DNA of 53,530 nucleotides from Paraglomus brasilianum (GCA_910592345.1 CAJVPI010000106.1:1-53530); one strand, 5' to 3'. Shown: positions 39,829 to 53,056, counted from the stretch's first letter. Made by a program: numbers and translations. The notes: generated from the letters alone by a model not told the origin.

Positions 39829-39954
39829 ATGGACTCTGACAACAAATCCGCTGGAATTACTTTCGTTGCCATCACAAACCTCATTGCAGAATTGAAGAAA
39901 CACGGTTCTGATCCTAACGACGGTCCCGCGGGAAGCAATTGCACAATTATGTGA
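39829..39954 (+). CDS. Putative CaaX lipopeptide pheromone precursor 2 (41 aa: MDSDNKSAGITFVAITNLIAELKKHGSDPNDGPAGSNCTIM*)
   Basis: AAAATGG start context, CTIM-stop, KK site, TATAAATACA about 100 nt upstream; 18 of the last 19 residues identical to the paralogue. Confidence 0.85.
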   Translation: MDSDNKSAGITFVAITNLIAELKKHGSDPNDGPAGSNCTIM

Positions 39955-41323
39955 TAAACAACCCCCTTTCTATTATTATTATGGCGTACATCAAATTGGG
40001 TTGAAAGAGAGCAGGATAACCTGGAACTTAAACATATTCTTCACCATAAATTGAACTATAACTCAACTTCAGGGAGAGGATTGTCGTCAATAGTTCGATT
40101 GAGAGGCTTTGTTGACTCACTAATCTGAACATAAATTTATCAAATAATATTAATTCTATTTACCAATTAATACATAGTCGATGATATTATATTTAACCAA
40201 TCTATCGTTTGTATGTTTTGCTTAATCTACATTTTTACTCGTGTGAATTAATAAAGTCCCTGTATAAGTTTATTCGTGGCATGTAATATTTAGTATCGTT
40301 TAAACTGTTAGACATTAAGTTTTTTTGAGAATATAATAAATTGTGTAAAGACATACTGTATTTAGTTTTTTGGTAAAACAAAAAATTCTAAAGTTATGTC
40401 CAATCACAAAAGTTGTGCCGTTATGCCTTTTGTCACATACCGAAAGATGTGCGTTCTTTATTGGCTGCCCTAACGTTTGAACACTAAAAATGCACTTTCC
40501 GTTACCTACTGACCATCTGTTATAATGAGCATTTGATTGGTTTCAAAACTCTTTACTAGGTAGCAAAATTGTGTTGCACATTTGTAGGATGATCTTTTGT
40601 AAAGTGTCAGTGGGAGAGCAATCGGTAATCAACTTGTCCAAACGAGGTGGCAACTCTCCTCCATGAATTACAGGTATTGACCTTTTAGCTGGGCTTTAAT
40701 ACTCACGATCGATTCGTATGCGTTAATCCTGGAATGCTAATTAACTTCGAGTTACTACGTCGATTTTTACCGTGGGATAAAATATCTGGTAGCCCTATCG
40801 GTCGAGGTAACTCAAACAGTTCCGCTCTACCAGCACAATTACTTATTATAGTATCGAAGAGCTACTCAATAAGACGGAGTTGATTAAAGAAATTGATCCT
40901 AAAAGTCGAGAATTCGAGGGAGGGTAATGTTCGCTAGTGAATATTACAACATTTCTATCGTTTCATTACAGCATTAGCTGCTGATCTAATTGTAGGATTA
41001 ATTGATGTGCATTGTGGGAGGCATTTATTTCACCGACAGTGACAGTCATTTCACGTGACACATTGTTTATCGCACTTATCATTGGTTTTCGATGAAATTT
41101 GATGAACCCACATTGTACGTCTTTCTATTTTAAGCTGATTCATTGCTCTGACAATTAATAAATTTTACTTGTCTTAAAAAAGCGTGCATAAAATATTATA
41201 CAAAAAATTCAATCAGCTTTCTAGTTTCGCTAGTTTCGCTACACATCAGTATTTGCAAAATATATATCATTACGCGTATAAATATATTATATAATCGCCT
41301 CCAGCCCGCAAGACACAATGACA

Positions 41324-44300
41324 TTACTGATTAAAACTTTCGAATTCTTCATTGCGGCGATTATTAGTCGCCAATGTGTGTCCAGTACCTGAAAGTAGTA
41401 AATAGGTAATTAATTAGAATTGCGACTTGTTCCTTCTTGAAATCATTGTAATCAAATAAGTATATTCACCGCCGATCACTGCATTGCAATCTGGGCATCT
41501 GCTCTCTACCACTGCACCTCCGCAGTCGGCAATAGTATAAGTGTGTCCATTAGGACAAGTATACCTAAATTGAGTAACGATTTGAATAAGCTAACGCTCG
41601 CGTTTATGAAAAGAATTAGAATATGTAAGTTTGTATTATGCCTACCAGTGCCCACTACCTCGCAAGTCTTCACTCATTGCTTGGAATATCTGCAATTTTT
41701 CCGTTTTTGTCAACACCCCTCCTTTTGCTAAATTCGTAAGTTCATTGATTTCCTCAATAGTATCCTCCATTCTTTTTTCGCATTGGCTTTGAAAGTGTTC
41801 AGCCTGAAGAATAGGAAAGATTTCATGGACGAGGGTTTCAAATCTTTGGAGGATTTCTTTTAATTCGTTAATTATCTTCTTCCTCTCTGCTTTTCCAGTA
41901 GCATCGTTTGGATCTTCGGCTATTTTTCTATGTTTAAACCTATACCGGTAATGTCGACATTGCACTTCTGCTAGTTCAAGGGTAGCTGACACATATTGCT
42001 TATAGTATTTTGTTTCCTGTGCTACTTTGATTATAACTTGCAGATGTGACATAGTCGATTGAAGAATAAATAAAGCAAAATTAATCCAACCAGGTTTAGT
42101 GTCAAGACTTCTGTTATCTTGGTCATTATCTGATAACGCTTGAATTATATAATCAACTTCTTGAAATAATATTTTTTGAACGTTAATTATAATAAAAAAT
42201 ATGTCTAGATAACATCGACGATCAATAACTGGAAGTACCATTCCTACTCCGTGAAGAGATTCACGTTGTAATACAAGTATTGTGCTATCAGCATCATCTT
42301 CTGCAATTCCCATATTCCTGATGGTCTCAATAATATAATCCATTTCAATTAATCTTGATCTATATAAACTTGCTACAGCTGCTTCAAATGCCGCTTTCCA
42401 AGGTGGGCTCTTAGTTTCAGCAAGTAGATGCGAAAGACTTGCATATATTTGAATCAAAATATTAGTATTCTTGATCCAGTAATCGTTATGAGGTTGAGGT
42501 ATTCCGTAACTCTTGCGGAGGTTTGTGAATTCATTCAGTTTGGCCAGTTCTTTGACATTGGAATCTCCTGGAATTTTAAAAACTCCAGATGACTTTTCAT
42601 TTGAATTAAGATAAATGGGTTTCTTGATATTTGTGAGAAATTTTTCTCGATTTGCGTCTAATGTACTGATACTTATTTGAATTCTTTCATTATAACTGTG
42701 CAATAGGCTCCTATACTTCGACAAGAATTTCTTATTTTGTATGTCAAGTATTGCCTTTTTGATAGGCCTTCCATATCTTCTTATATTAGTAATTGGACGT
42801 CGACATAGTGGACATCTATGAATGCTTCCTAACTCGTTTGGAAGAGTACGAACTCCAGTCCAAATCTTCTCAAAGTCTGCCTCACCATCAATACCATCAT
42901 AAAATCTGTTCATCTCCAATTGCTGGTCAAGATAAGCCATAGTAAATGCATGCTCACATTCTAGAACAATCATCCTATTAATGTCCCAATCAACTTCGCC
43001 AAACTCCTCTAACATTGCCGCATTAGATGTTTGCTTTCGTATATCGGGTAGGGCACAGATGGGGCAGAATTCAACAGGAACACATTCTTCTCCACATACA
43101 CCAGGACATTGGTGATCACAAGGTAAGAGTTTCTCGCATCGGTGGTTGCATGGCAGTCGAATACAAGGAGCTCCACAACTGAGCGAACATTTGCCTTGAT
43201 GTTTACATTGCCAATCACATGGCTCGGAACAGACATTGCAAGGTTCGGAGCATCTTTTGTTACATGTAGAATGTCTACATCTAATCATGCATTTTCCGCT
43301 GCATAGTGGACAGGGCTTTCCATCGTGACATGCACTCGTACAACGATGTTCACAATACAAATTACGTCCGCACACTTGCTTGCATGGGAAATGATTAGTT
43401 TTTGTCACATGACCGTTTTCATCTAATGTAGCTTCTTTCGTGGCTGATGTGCGGATAGATCTGCGCTGACATTCCTCACAGTTCGAAGCGCAAGAATGAC
43501 TACATCCTAACGGCATTCCACATTTTTGACTGCATTTAACGTCTTCTATCGCTTCAAAACAATGCCTTTTTTGTTGGTGGCCACACCTGGGGAGAACGCA
43601 ATCAATAAGCACCTCACATTTAATTAACGTCGGATCACATGCCTGATAACAAGGGGCTTTCTTTTTAATATGTCCACAAGGTAATTCGACATTATTGATA
43701 GTTAGATTACAGTTCCCACATGGCTCTCCACAAGTCTTTGGACATGCGTGTCGACATGATTCGTGTAGTCTCTGACATGGTTTATAGCACATGACACCAA
43801 TGTGATCAGGATCATCGTAGTGGCATTTGTACTGGCATATGTGACCACATTTCAGGGTGAATCCGCATGGCTCCTGGCATCCGCCATCAGGTGCGAATTC
43901 GGAAAACTGTTCAGGCTTTTCGACGAAATTAATTGTATCAGGATGTCTTTCGCATTGCAATGGGAATGCACTGCCTAGTTGACCACGTTCTCTGAGTGTA
44001 TTGATTACTGTTGGCCACATTTTCATTCCCTCCCGTTCTGCTTTCTCAACAAGGAGATTGGCATTTCCCAGTAAGAACATACCATGTTTAGCACGAGATA
44101 ATAGCACATTGGTACGGTTCTTTGATTTCAAGAAGCCAATAGTGGCTTTGCTGCTATATTGAGATATATTTCGGACGAGTGATATAATGACTATTGTTGC
44201 CTCTTCTCCTTGATAGTTGTCAATGGTCCGCAGTGTAACTTGTCTCGTCAGTGATTTTTTTAATGCTGTGGGTATAGCTACCGAAGATGAGGCTTCGTTG

Positions 44301-47300
44301 GTAGAATCAGCTTCTACAAGCTCATCTTCAGTCATCATAGCAATCTGCTCGTTGTCTCTTTCATCAATGATGACTACAAATTGCTTGTTTAGCGCATCTC
44401 TTATCTTAATCATCTGCCCCAAATAGGGCGTCAACACGGCAATGTCACCATCTTTATCATAGCCATTTCTAACAAAGTATTTTACCATTTCGACAACCAT
44501 CTTCACTTCGAATGAATTTGAATGGGATTGCATCGCAAATTGATTACTACCAGCTGCGTCTTCTGGATTCATATGATCAAAGAAGAAAAGATTATACGGT
44601 GTTCCACGCACAGGAGGGTATTTCGTTGTAACTTCATGATCTATGAGATCAGGGTACAGAGTGTCCCTTACTAGGTCAGCTATTTCGCCACGCATCCGTC
44701 TTTGAGTTAACAATTTGACCATCGGCTTTTTCTCGTTTACCAAACGTTCAAATAGGGACCTGTCGAGCGCATAGTTCTTACCGACGTCGGAGTCTAAACT
44801 AAGGCCGTATGTTGCCACGTGTGGTCTAAGTTGCAAGTGATCACCAATGAGAATGAGATGCTGTGTCTCATTCAATGGTGCAAGGATGTGAGCTTCCAAT
44901 ACTTCGCCTGCTTCCTCACATACGATTATACGTGGAGCTACTGAACGTATCAGCGATTGGAATTTGGCCGCTCCATTTGTAGTCATCCCAATTACTTGAG
45001 CGGATTTGAGTATTTCCTTTCGAACTCCATCGTGAATATCTGGAATATTGTTGGGGCATAGACAACAAAGATTAACATGGTATGAAAGGCAATGATGACA
45101 ATTACACTTATTATTGTTCAGCGAGTAGCTCATGAAGGCATACTATTCAATTACTTACTATCAACTTCCTTCCGTTTCTCTGTGTGTTTTTTAACCAACT
45201 CCGCTAACTTCTCAATAATCTCTTCATTTATCAATTTTCTCCAATGGTCATGTAATCTCCTTCGCTCAATAATACTCATATCCCACACACTACTCCCATA
45301 ATTGCATTCCTCAAGCAAAACGTCCAAAGGTCTGTCTGTTTCTGGTATTTGTATTTGTAATGCTTGCATCAAAAATTGATTGTTTGATGATTCAGAATTC
45401 GTTGCTTCTTCGTCAATCATTGTTATATCTTCGTCTTGATTTTGTAAAAGCTCAAACGGATTTTCGGTATTTTTATTTTTCCCTTTTCCCCGTTTACGTT
45501 CTCTCTTTTCTATTTCAATATTTTTCAGACGTTCAATAGTCTGCTGCTTGCGTCTGATGTCAGTCCCATGAACCCATTGAGCAAATAGCGATCGCGGCTC
45601 GCGGCCCCTCCCAGCACCGACATACTCCCATTCTTCATTATCATCTTGATTTACTTTCCTATTATTAAACTCAGTTGCGTAACTATTATTAGGATCGAAG
45701 TCTTCTTCTTCCAATTCGATAAATTCAGAATGAAAATCTACCGGGCCCTCCGTCAGTTGCTGATAAACTGAGTTGTGATCGACCATGAGCAACATTTCTA
45801 CATCCTTTCGACATATCAAATTTGTGGTTAGATTAATACCGTTGAGGATGTGATGTCAACATGTGACTACGGCTACTTACGCTCCAATCCATTGTCTTGC
45901 GAGCCAAACGCTCAGTCAACACATGCGCTTCTTTCGATAAAGTCTCCAATTCGCTATAGGCAGCCCCCAACATACGCCTTAACAGAGAAGTAATTCATAA
46001 ATATAACGTAGTGGAAGTAAAATGTGCGGTGTAGGGTATAATGTAGGTTCATATCTAGTTTTAAAATGTGTACTCATAATTACTTACCTATGTTCAGGGG
46101 ATTTTTGTTGTTTGCGAGAGCGTTCTTCCAAAGCAAATGGTTTGATCTCTTCCGATTTCGATCGACTTCCCAATCGAACAACGTCTTTCACCCCAACATG
46201 TAAGAGATTTTCAAGGAACTGATCCAGTGCATGATTAGTGAAGCCTGTTACGATAACAAGAACGGTTATGAAGAGAAGTTATACAGCTTGCTAGCAAATC
46301 CGTTGTTGATAATTACATATTGTCAATACGGGACCAATGGAAGCTCTCTTCTGATTTGATTCATCCAAAAGAACTTTCATCAATTCTACTCCGACGTATG
46401 TCTTTGGTATTAAATAAGAGCGTTAGAATGTCTAAAACGTAAATTTATAGAACTGGGCGTTGACCAACCTTTCCGGTACCGGGTGGCCCTGAAGACAGTA
46501 TGATTAGGATTGATTAGAGACGAGTCTAACTCGGTATAAAGGAAAGACTGCATATATGTAAACTCAATATGTAATCAGTATGTTACTATACCTTCGATCA
46601 AAGCAATTTCCCTGCACAGAGAATAGGTTAGTGCCTCGGCCTGACTTTCATCCAGCTTGCCTGATTGGACTAATGTCTGCACAGCTGAGTTCCGTGAAAG
46701 TTCATTATCAGGCTCTAACGTTAAAGCTGTCTTCTTATCAAGTAATGCCGACAGATCGAATTTAAAACCAGGCGCGCGTGCGTACAACGGTGGTTCGAGT
46801 TTGGCGGTCAGTTCTTCTTCTGTTGCCGGAGCAAGATGTCGAGAAAACGGGAGTGCCCCCGGACTGAAATCTTGGAGCGCTTTCAATATGTGAACATAGG
46901 ATTCGAAGTAAACTCCAGTTGATTCTACCATAAATCGATCAGGAAGTTTAGGCCCAGTCTCCGATAGCCTGCGGGCAAGCGTCATATCCTCTAAAACGAT
47001 TGGATAGATCGAACTTTCGATAAAATGGACGCCGATTATCGCTTCATCTGCCTTCTCTGACAGCGAGTTTTCATTTCTTTCAGCAATTACTAACGTATGG
47101 ATAATACGTAAGTTTCATAAACTACTGTACAGAACATCAACTTATTGTATACTCACCGCCGAAATAAAGTGTAAAGGCATTCTTAGAACTCACGATGTCC
47201 CGGTCCTTTTCATAGTCATTAGCCCATAACACACAAATTAAACTCCCATGCATTAATTTTCTTGATCTCTCCCAATAAAACTTTCTCTGTTCTCCAGTTT

Positions 47301-48799
47301 TAATAACTTTCGGCTGTTTAAATCCTACTCGAACTAGAAACCCTCTGTTTTTATTCACTTGGATACCATTAAACTTGACATTCGCATAAACATTCAAGTC
47401 TCCACCGCTGTGGTTTCCTTTATCTGATTTAAATCTTCCACCCTTGTCTAATAGTTTCGCTATCTGTGATTTGTCCTTGTCTAGATCTGCCAAGAAATCA
47501 TGAAGACCAATGCGTAATGGATTTAACATGTCTTCACGTACGAGTCGAAATTGAGTGTCTAACAGACGGTCTGGACCGGGTTCGAGAAAGTGAGGAGTGG
47601 TGGGGAGAGTTGAAGGAAGAAAGGGATTGCGTTTGCAGAGAATTTCATCTGCAGTGGGGATTACGCGTATTTCTTGAAAGTTGACTGCATCATTGTCATG
47701 GCGTTTCCCATGCTTAGAGTGTTCACCTAAGGAATACGAAAAAGAAGGTAAATCTCTCATTATACCAGAAAGTACATAAGATGATGGCCATACCTGGTGG
47801 ATCATACGACCGACATAAGTCCAACTGCATGGCTGCAGTTATAGCTTCTTTGTTCAACCCAACATTTTCGAACATTATCTTTGTAACTTCCATCCCCCTC
47901 TCTAGGCTTCTCCTTCCCGAATCCAATATTTTTTTCATTTTGTTCAGTTCCTTGTCTATAACTGTAAAGCAGTATGATCCCAGACCGTCACTACTCGATA
48001 AAATATCTCCATACATAAGACCGTTCGACAAAAATTCTTTCCATGCAATAGTTGCCCGTTCTAATCTTCCTCCTATCTTCTGTAATGTCACGTTCATCCT
48101 AGCTTCTTTGATTCTGCCGAGTATTTCATTCACAAATCGTACAAGCACTAAAAGTATCTGAGCATAACTAACAGGTATGAACGCATTTACGTTGAGTAGT
48201 TCCTGCTCTGTCGTAGACGTGTCTTTAAGTGATTTCCTGCGTATTAACTCGTCTACACAACGCAACATTTGATCATGAACGATGGTGTCCACGTATGTAT
48301 ATACGGTCGAATAGATTATATTCACTTGCTTTTCGAGAGTCGATTCTCGAACGCCGTTCCTAACAAGCAGTGCTATGAAAGGTAACATTACAGACTGGAA
48401 GGATACCGATCTATTGCCGACTCCCGCATCAACGTTCATTGATGTATTATTGCATATGAATCTTATCCTAGGTATCCCTTTGTCACTCGACAACTTATTC
48501 ACCACCTCTTCGGCCAATGGGTTGCCGGGGGATGAGGCCATAAGACATGAATTAATAAATGATCTCATATCAGTATGACTCCAATCTTCTTCCCTCCTGA
48601 GTAGATATGGCCACTGTTTTTCGGATATATTAAATTCTGGCGGAAAAAACACAAGCGAGTCACTGCCACCACTAGCAAGAACAGATGACTGAAAGTTTTC
48701 AATGAGTTGGTGCTGATAATTCCTGAAGCCTATGGCTTTCATGGCTTGACGCTCCTCTCTGGTGAATGCCTGTCGTTGTCGTAGTGGTTGTTGTTGTTG

Positions 48800-48836
<37 letters not shown>

Positions 48837-49024
48837 GGTTGTTGTTGTCGTAGTGGTTGTTGTTGTAATTGTTGTTGTTGTTGCTGCTGCTGCTGCTGCT
48901 GTTGCCGCTGCTGTTGCCGCCGCCGCCACTGTTGCTGCTGTTGACGCTGTTGTTGTGGAGTGGAAGAACTAGACCCTTGCCTTGGATCCTGTGCATTTGG
49001 AGGGTTGTTGTTTCTTTTCACCAT
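41324..49024 (-). CDS. ZNFX1: ZNFX1/SAD-3/Hrr1/RnhA-like UPF1-family (SF1) RNA helicase with NF-X1 zinc fingers, RING-like and RZ-type finger
   Basis: RHDNDAVNFQEIRVIPTADEI, LDTQFRLVREDM, ALIEG|PPGTGK|TYVG, CFTNHALDQFL, GMTTNGAAK, VCEEAGEVLE, LIGDHLQLRP, QRRMR, TIDNYQGEE, VLLSRAKHG, Cys-rich repeats, C-terminal GHW|YTCPNGHTYTIADCGG..SRCPDC..IGG|TGH. Stop at 41324-41326. Confidence 0.93.
48770..48956 (-). repeat. Coding CAG/CAA polyglutamine tract in the helicase N-terminus
   Basis: QQQRQQQQQWRRRQQQ...QQQQPLRQRQ within ORF 47723-49024. Confidence 0.9.
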
Positions 49025-51869
49025 TTCTTAGTTATTTAAGTTATGTCCTAAGGTTTTTGCTACACTCGAAATGATCGAGTATGCAATGTTGGTTATGAGT
49101 ATTTTGGATGATGACATTGCTCTTATCATTATCCTGCGGTTATGGCAATCGGAATCGCCCAACATTGTCATCTTTAAAGGGATGCGTGTAACGTAATATA
49201 ATTGCAGATATGTGAAAATTTACCCCCATTGCAGTCACATCACATAATAAACATAAAATGATTGGAATGCAAGTCACAGATGTCGGAAAGTTGGGCATCA
49301 AAAGATGCACAATAATTAATATGTTAGTAATCCATCAACGATTGAAGTAATAAAAGGGTCGTTAGCAATCGTAAGTGATAGAACAGTGAGATACAATATT
49401 TAAAGCGCATAGAAACACCAAATCGAAGCAGTTCATTAACCGTGCTGTTAAACGATCTTTGAAAAGCAATTGGGGCCCAAATACTCCAATACATCCTCAA
49501 ATGGTTACGCTGTGCTGTAATGAATGGAAAAACAAATACTGAGAAGTATTACATATTTATTGTTAGCTTCAACTGGCGTGGCTTATGCCAATTGATACAA
49601 ACTTCACAAGGCCATTATTAACAGACTCAATATTCCTATACCGATAGACAAGGACTTTGCATACACACACCGAAAGTTTCGCTCGCTTATATAATCCCCC
49701 TTGACAAGCATATGTTGACGAACAGAAGAAACTCTTAATTAGTTGGTTTCGATTTTTTGAATAATATCGTCGTTTTAATGGAAAATGGGTAAATCTTCGA
49801 ACAGAACTCGTGTAAAGACTGTTTTATTCAAATTGAGTCACTAAATTATAAGACAATGGATATTGTAAATTCACTCTCTATTAATGAATCAGCGTGATTA
49901 CAAAGCATCGACCCGATATTAACTAAAATGTAAAGTTATCTATCGATTTGTGCATATGGTACCTTTTTTTGGTCTTGCTGATTTTACTACTTATATCTCT
50001 CCTAGAGCAGAGCCGGCTGCTAAGTTGAAGTCTAGGTTTAATCTAAAACACGTTTATTATTATTGACACTTAAATCGTATGTGCCAACCTGTCTAACTTT
50101 ATCGCCTTTTTTCAACATATTATAGCAGAAACCACTCATTGCATCATATCGCGTCGGTAAGTCGGCGATACGGGAATCTATCAACCTAAAAGGAACAAAA
50201 CGCTTGAACATTTGTAAAAAACTGTATAATATATTAATTACAACATTTTCTAAGGCCATCGAAAGTATGTGGGAGTCTTGGAAAAGGCTTCGTTGTCAAG
50301 TAGTGTTAATACGCAGTGGACATATTAATATTTGTCGGTGAAATGATCGTTGGAGTACTTATACTAGGATTCTCACGTAGCGACGATCTACAAAATGTTT
50401 GCAAACGCATGTTGTATTACGCCAAACACACTATCATTGCCTCAGTTCTTACCATAAGTGATGTCAATGCAGAGACGTAAACTCCAAGCATTCGATAAGC
50501 CGTGCCAATATGCTGTACGTAAGTTCCAAACATTGAAATCATGATTTCGAATGGATACTGTCATCACTCTTAAATATCGACAAACATTAAAATCGAACGT
50601 TCCCGAATTGAATTAAACCGATTCGTAAAAATAACCAATGTCAACTGATCAAACAAATAAACTATCAAAAAAGGCCAAGCTATCTCGAAGATGACGGGGA
50701 TAATGTAATCGATATTGTTATCACTAGACTATTAGACTATTGACGCTGATAGCATTACGATTGGACAACATCTCCTCGGAAAGGTAACAACACAAACTAA
50801 CGTTACCGAAAGCGGTTATACTCTGACGCTTCAGGTCAATTCGACATAATTTTAACCTAATCATAAGAGTACAAGACACATAAATATCAAATAAACATTG
50901 ATACATCAATGACTGCATTATCAACCATTGAACTAACAACACGACACTTTCCTTTTTCAAATCAACAATAAAGAAATAAAATGTTACTCTTTATATTGCC
51001 AATATTTGTTATGAAATACTTGTCCATCTATAAAAATTCAACATAGTCGTTTAAAGTATCAAGTTGTATGCGCGATATTTGATTTTCATTGTAAATTGTG
51101 CGTTGTCCATCAACGCTGGCTGTCTACAATAAAGGCAGGCAGGCTAAACCATTACCCTCTAGTTACGAGATAGAGGAGGGGAAGAAATAACAAAGTTACT
51201 TGGCATCCCGTGATAAATGAATGTCAATGGAATATTTATAACGCATTGCCCTTGTGTAATATCGAGTGGCTGATTGATTGTGCCAAATATTGTGACGGCC
51301 GATGCTGATTTATGATCCGTGACCGATTATCTGCGCAATAGTAATAGTGCCAAGCCTATTAAAAAAGAAACATTATTCAAATAATGCCAAAAAAACTGTA
51401 ATTACGTGCTTTCACCCGAAATACCAACCTAAAAATATTACAAGACGCGAGGAAGACCTAAAAAGGTATCGTCTACTGTTATCTGGCTAAGGGACAGTTC
51501 CTTATTTTATAGATAGTATGTTGGTTTTGAGTTCAAATATTGGTACCATGTGAGAAGCCAGAAATCACATACATTGTGACTCTATTTTGTTGAAGCCAGT
51601 AAGTCTCTATTTTTCTAATAAGATCTGACAATGAGTGACCTCAATTACAAGAATAGGCCAGGGTTTATCCTAAGAATATGTTTCATTTAATTAGAATCAC
51701 ATTAGCAAAACAACAAGGGCAAAACCGCTTCATACTTTTCCATCATATTCATTCCTACGCACCTGAGGTTTTCTCGCAGGTTGAAGAGATGCATCTGCCT
51801 TTTTCCCTCCTCCAGGCGTTCTTGACGCTTTAATCAAAGATATAAGTAATAGACACGTACTAGAATACA

Positions 51870-52307
51870 GTGGAAAATGAACCCGATATTTCTCCCGACT
51901 TACCTGCAAATTATAAATCCGAACTCAGCAATAATGAAGTCAACAACCAATCGGAAACATACCCTCCTGGATATATACCCCGAGAAGAGCGGGAAAAACG
52001 TCTCAGGCGATGGGCTATAGATCATAATGAGGATCCCGATAAGTTCGTGACCATTACAGATAAAGACAAAACTGATTCAATAGACTATCTCACAAGGATA
52101 GATGTTGACGCAAATACCTGTCTCTTTAATATAGAACAAGGTAACGATCCCCACGATTTTATGGAAATGACGCATCGGGAAAGATTGATAGGAGAAGAAA
52201 TCTTACGCCGTAGACTTGAAGATGCAGGCGAATCCATATGGCTTGACACTGATGAAGAATGGATAAAAAATAAAACCATACTCCAGGAAAATGGATTGCT
52301 ATGGTAA
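51870..52307 (+). CDS. Hypothetical intronless protein, probable repeat or mobile-element cargo
   Basis: 145-aa open frame (GTG start in the track) with two similar EDPDKFVTIT / NDPHDFMEMT modules; no family recognised with certainty. Confidence 0.4.
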   Translation: MENEPDISPDLPANYKSELSNNEVNNQSETYPPGYIPREEREKRLRRWAIDHNEDPDKFVTITDKDKTDSIDYLTRIDVDANTCLFNIEQGNDPHDFMEMTHRERLIGEEILRRRLEDAGESIWLDTDEEWIKNKTILQENGLLW

Positions 52308-52490
52308 GTTATTACAACTCGGTTTGATCGTTATGGTAAGGTGAGAATAAAAAGGGTTTATAGGTAGAAACATCCAATGGAGGGGGCTTTTTTGCCTCTT
52401 CAAACTAGCTAATATAAAATTTTTCAATAAAAATATTACAAAATTACGTATTATTTATGATATATATATATATAATATACTATAAACAAA

Positions 52491-52793
52491 ATGAACGATC
52501 AAGAATTGGAACCCCCAGAAAAAGCGCTCAACTTACTAACTGACCGGATGATAAATCTGAATGGACCAACATTCCGCAAATTAATCCGCAATGGATATAG
52601 ACATGTTAGTGATTTATCGAATTACTCAGAAATATCTGAACATATCGATTATGGTTGTTCCGATCACACAGCCATCTTATTTAATATATGGAAGCCAGCA
52701 GTAATACCACCACCCGAAATATTACAAAACAGACCGGACATATATCGCAAATATCTTATAACTGTTGAATCGTGCCAGAATTTATTTGAATAG
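52491..52793 (+). CDS. Hypothetical protein (NLLTDRMINLNGPTFRKLIRNGY motif), probable mobile-element or viral-like cargo
   Basis: Intact 100-aa ORF with an AAAATG start. The NxxTxRxIxxNGPTfxkL motif resembles short repeats seen in large DNA virus proteins (from memory, not searched). Confidence 0.45.
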   Translation: MNDQELEPPEKALNLLTDRMINLNGPTFRKLIRNGYRHVSDLSNYSEISEHIDYGCSDHTAILFNIWKPAVIPPPEILQNRPDIYRKYLITVESCQNLFE

Positions 52794-53056
52794 GTGTACT
52801 AAATAATAGAAAATGAATCATAAACCTTAATATAACCTGGACCTCTATTTCCAGAGCTATATTTTTTTTCGTTATAATCTATGTATTAGTTAAATTCAAA
52901 TCGGTGTACCAGTTACCCCGTACATCGACATATACTCTCTTTTTCTGAACATGGGAGGAAAAAGATAATTAATTTCGATTTGAAAAAATATTTTCTATAG
53001 TGTATATAACCTAAAGAATTATTCATAAACTACTCAACCTATTATAACATTAGACC

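Noticed and set aside
48699..48996. Poly-Cys, poly-Ala/Thr, poly-Ser/Asn and poly-Val ORFs
   Set aside because: Alternative frames or antisense of the helicase CAG/CAA polyQ tract.
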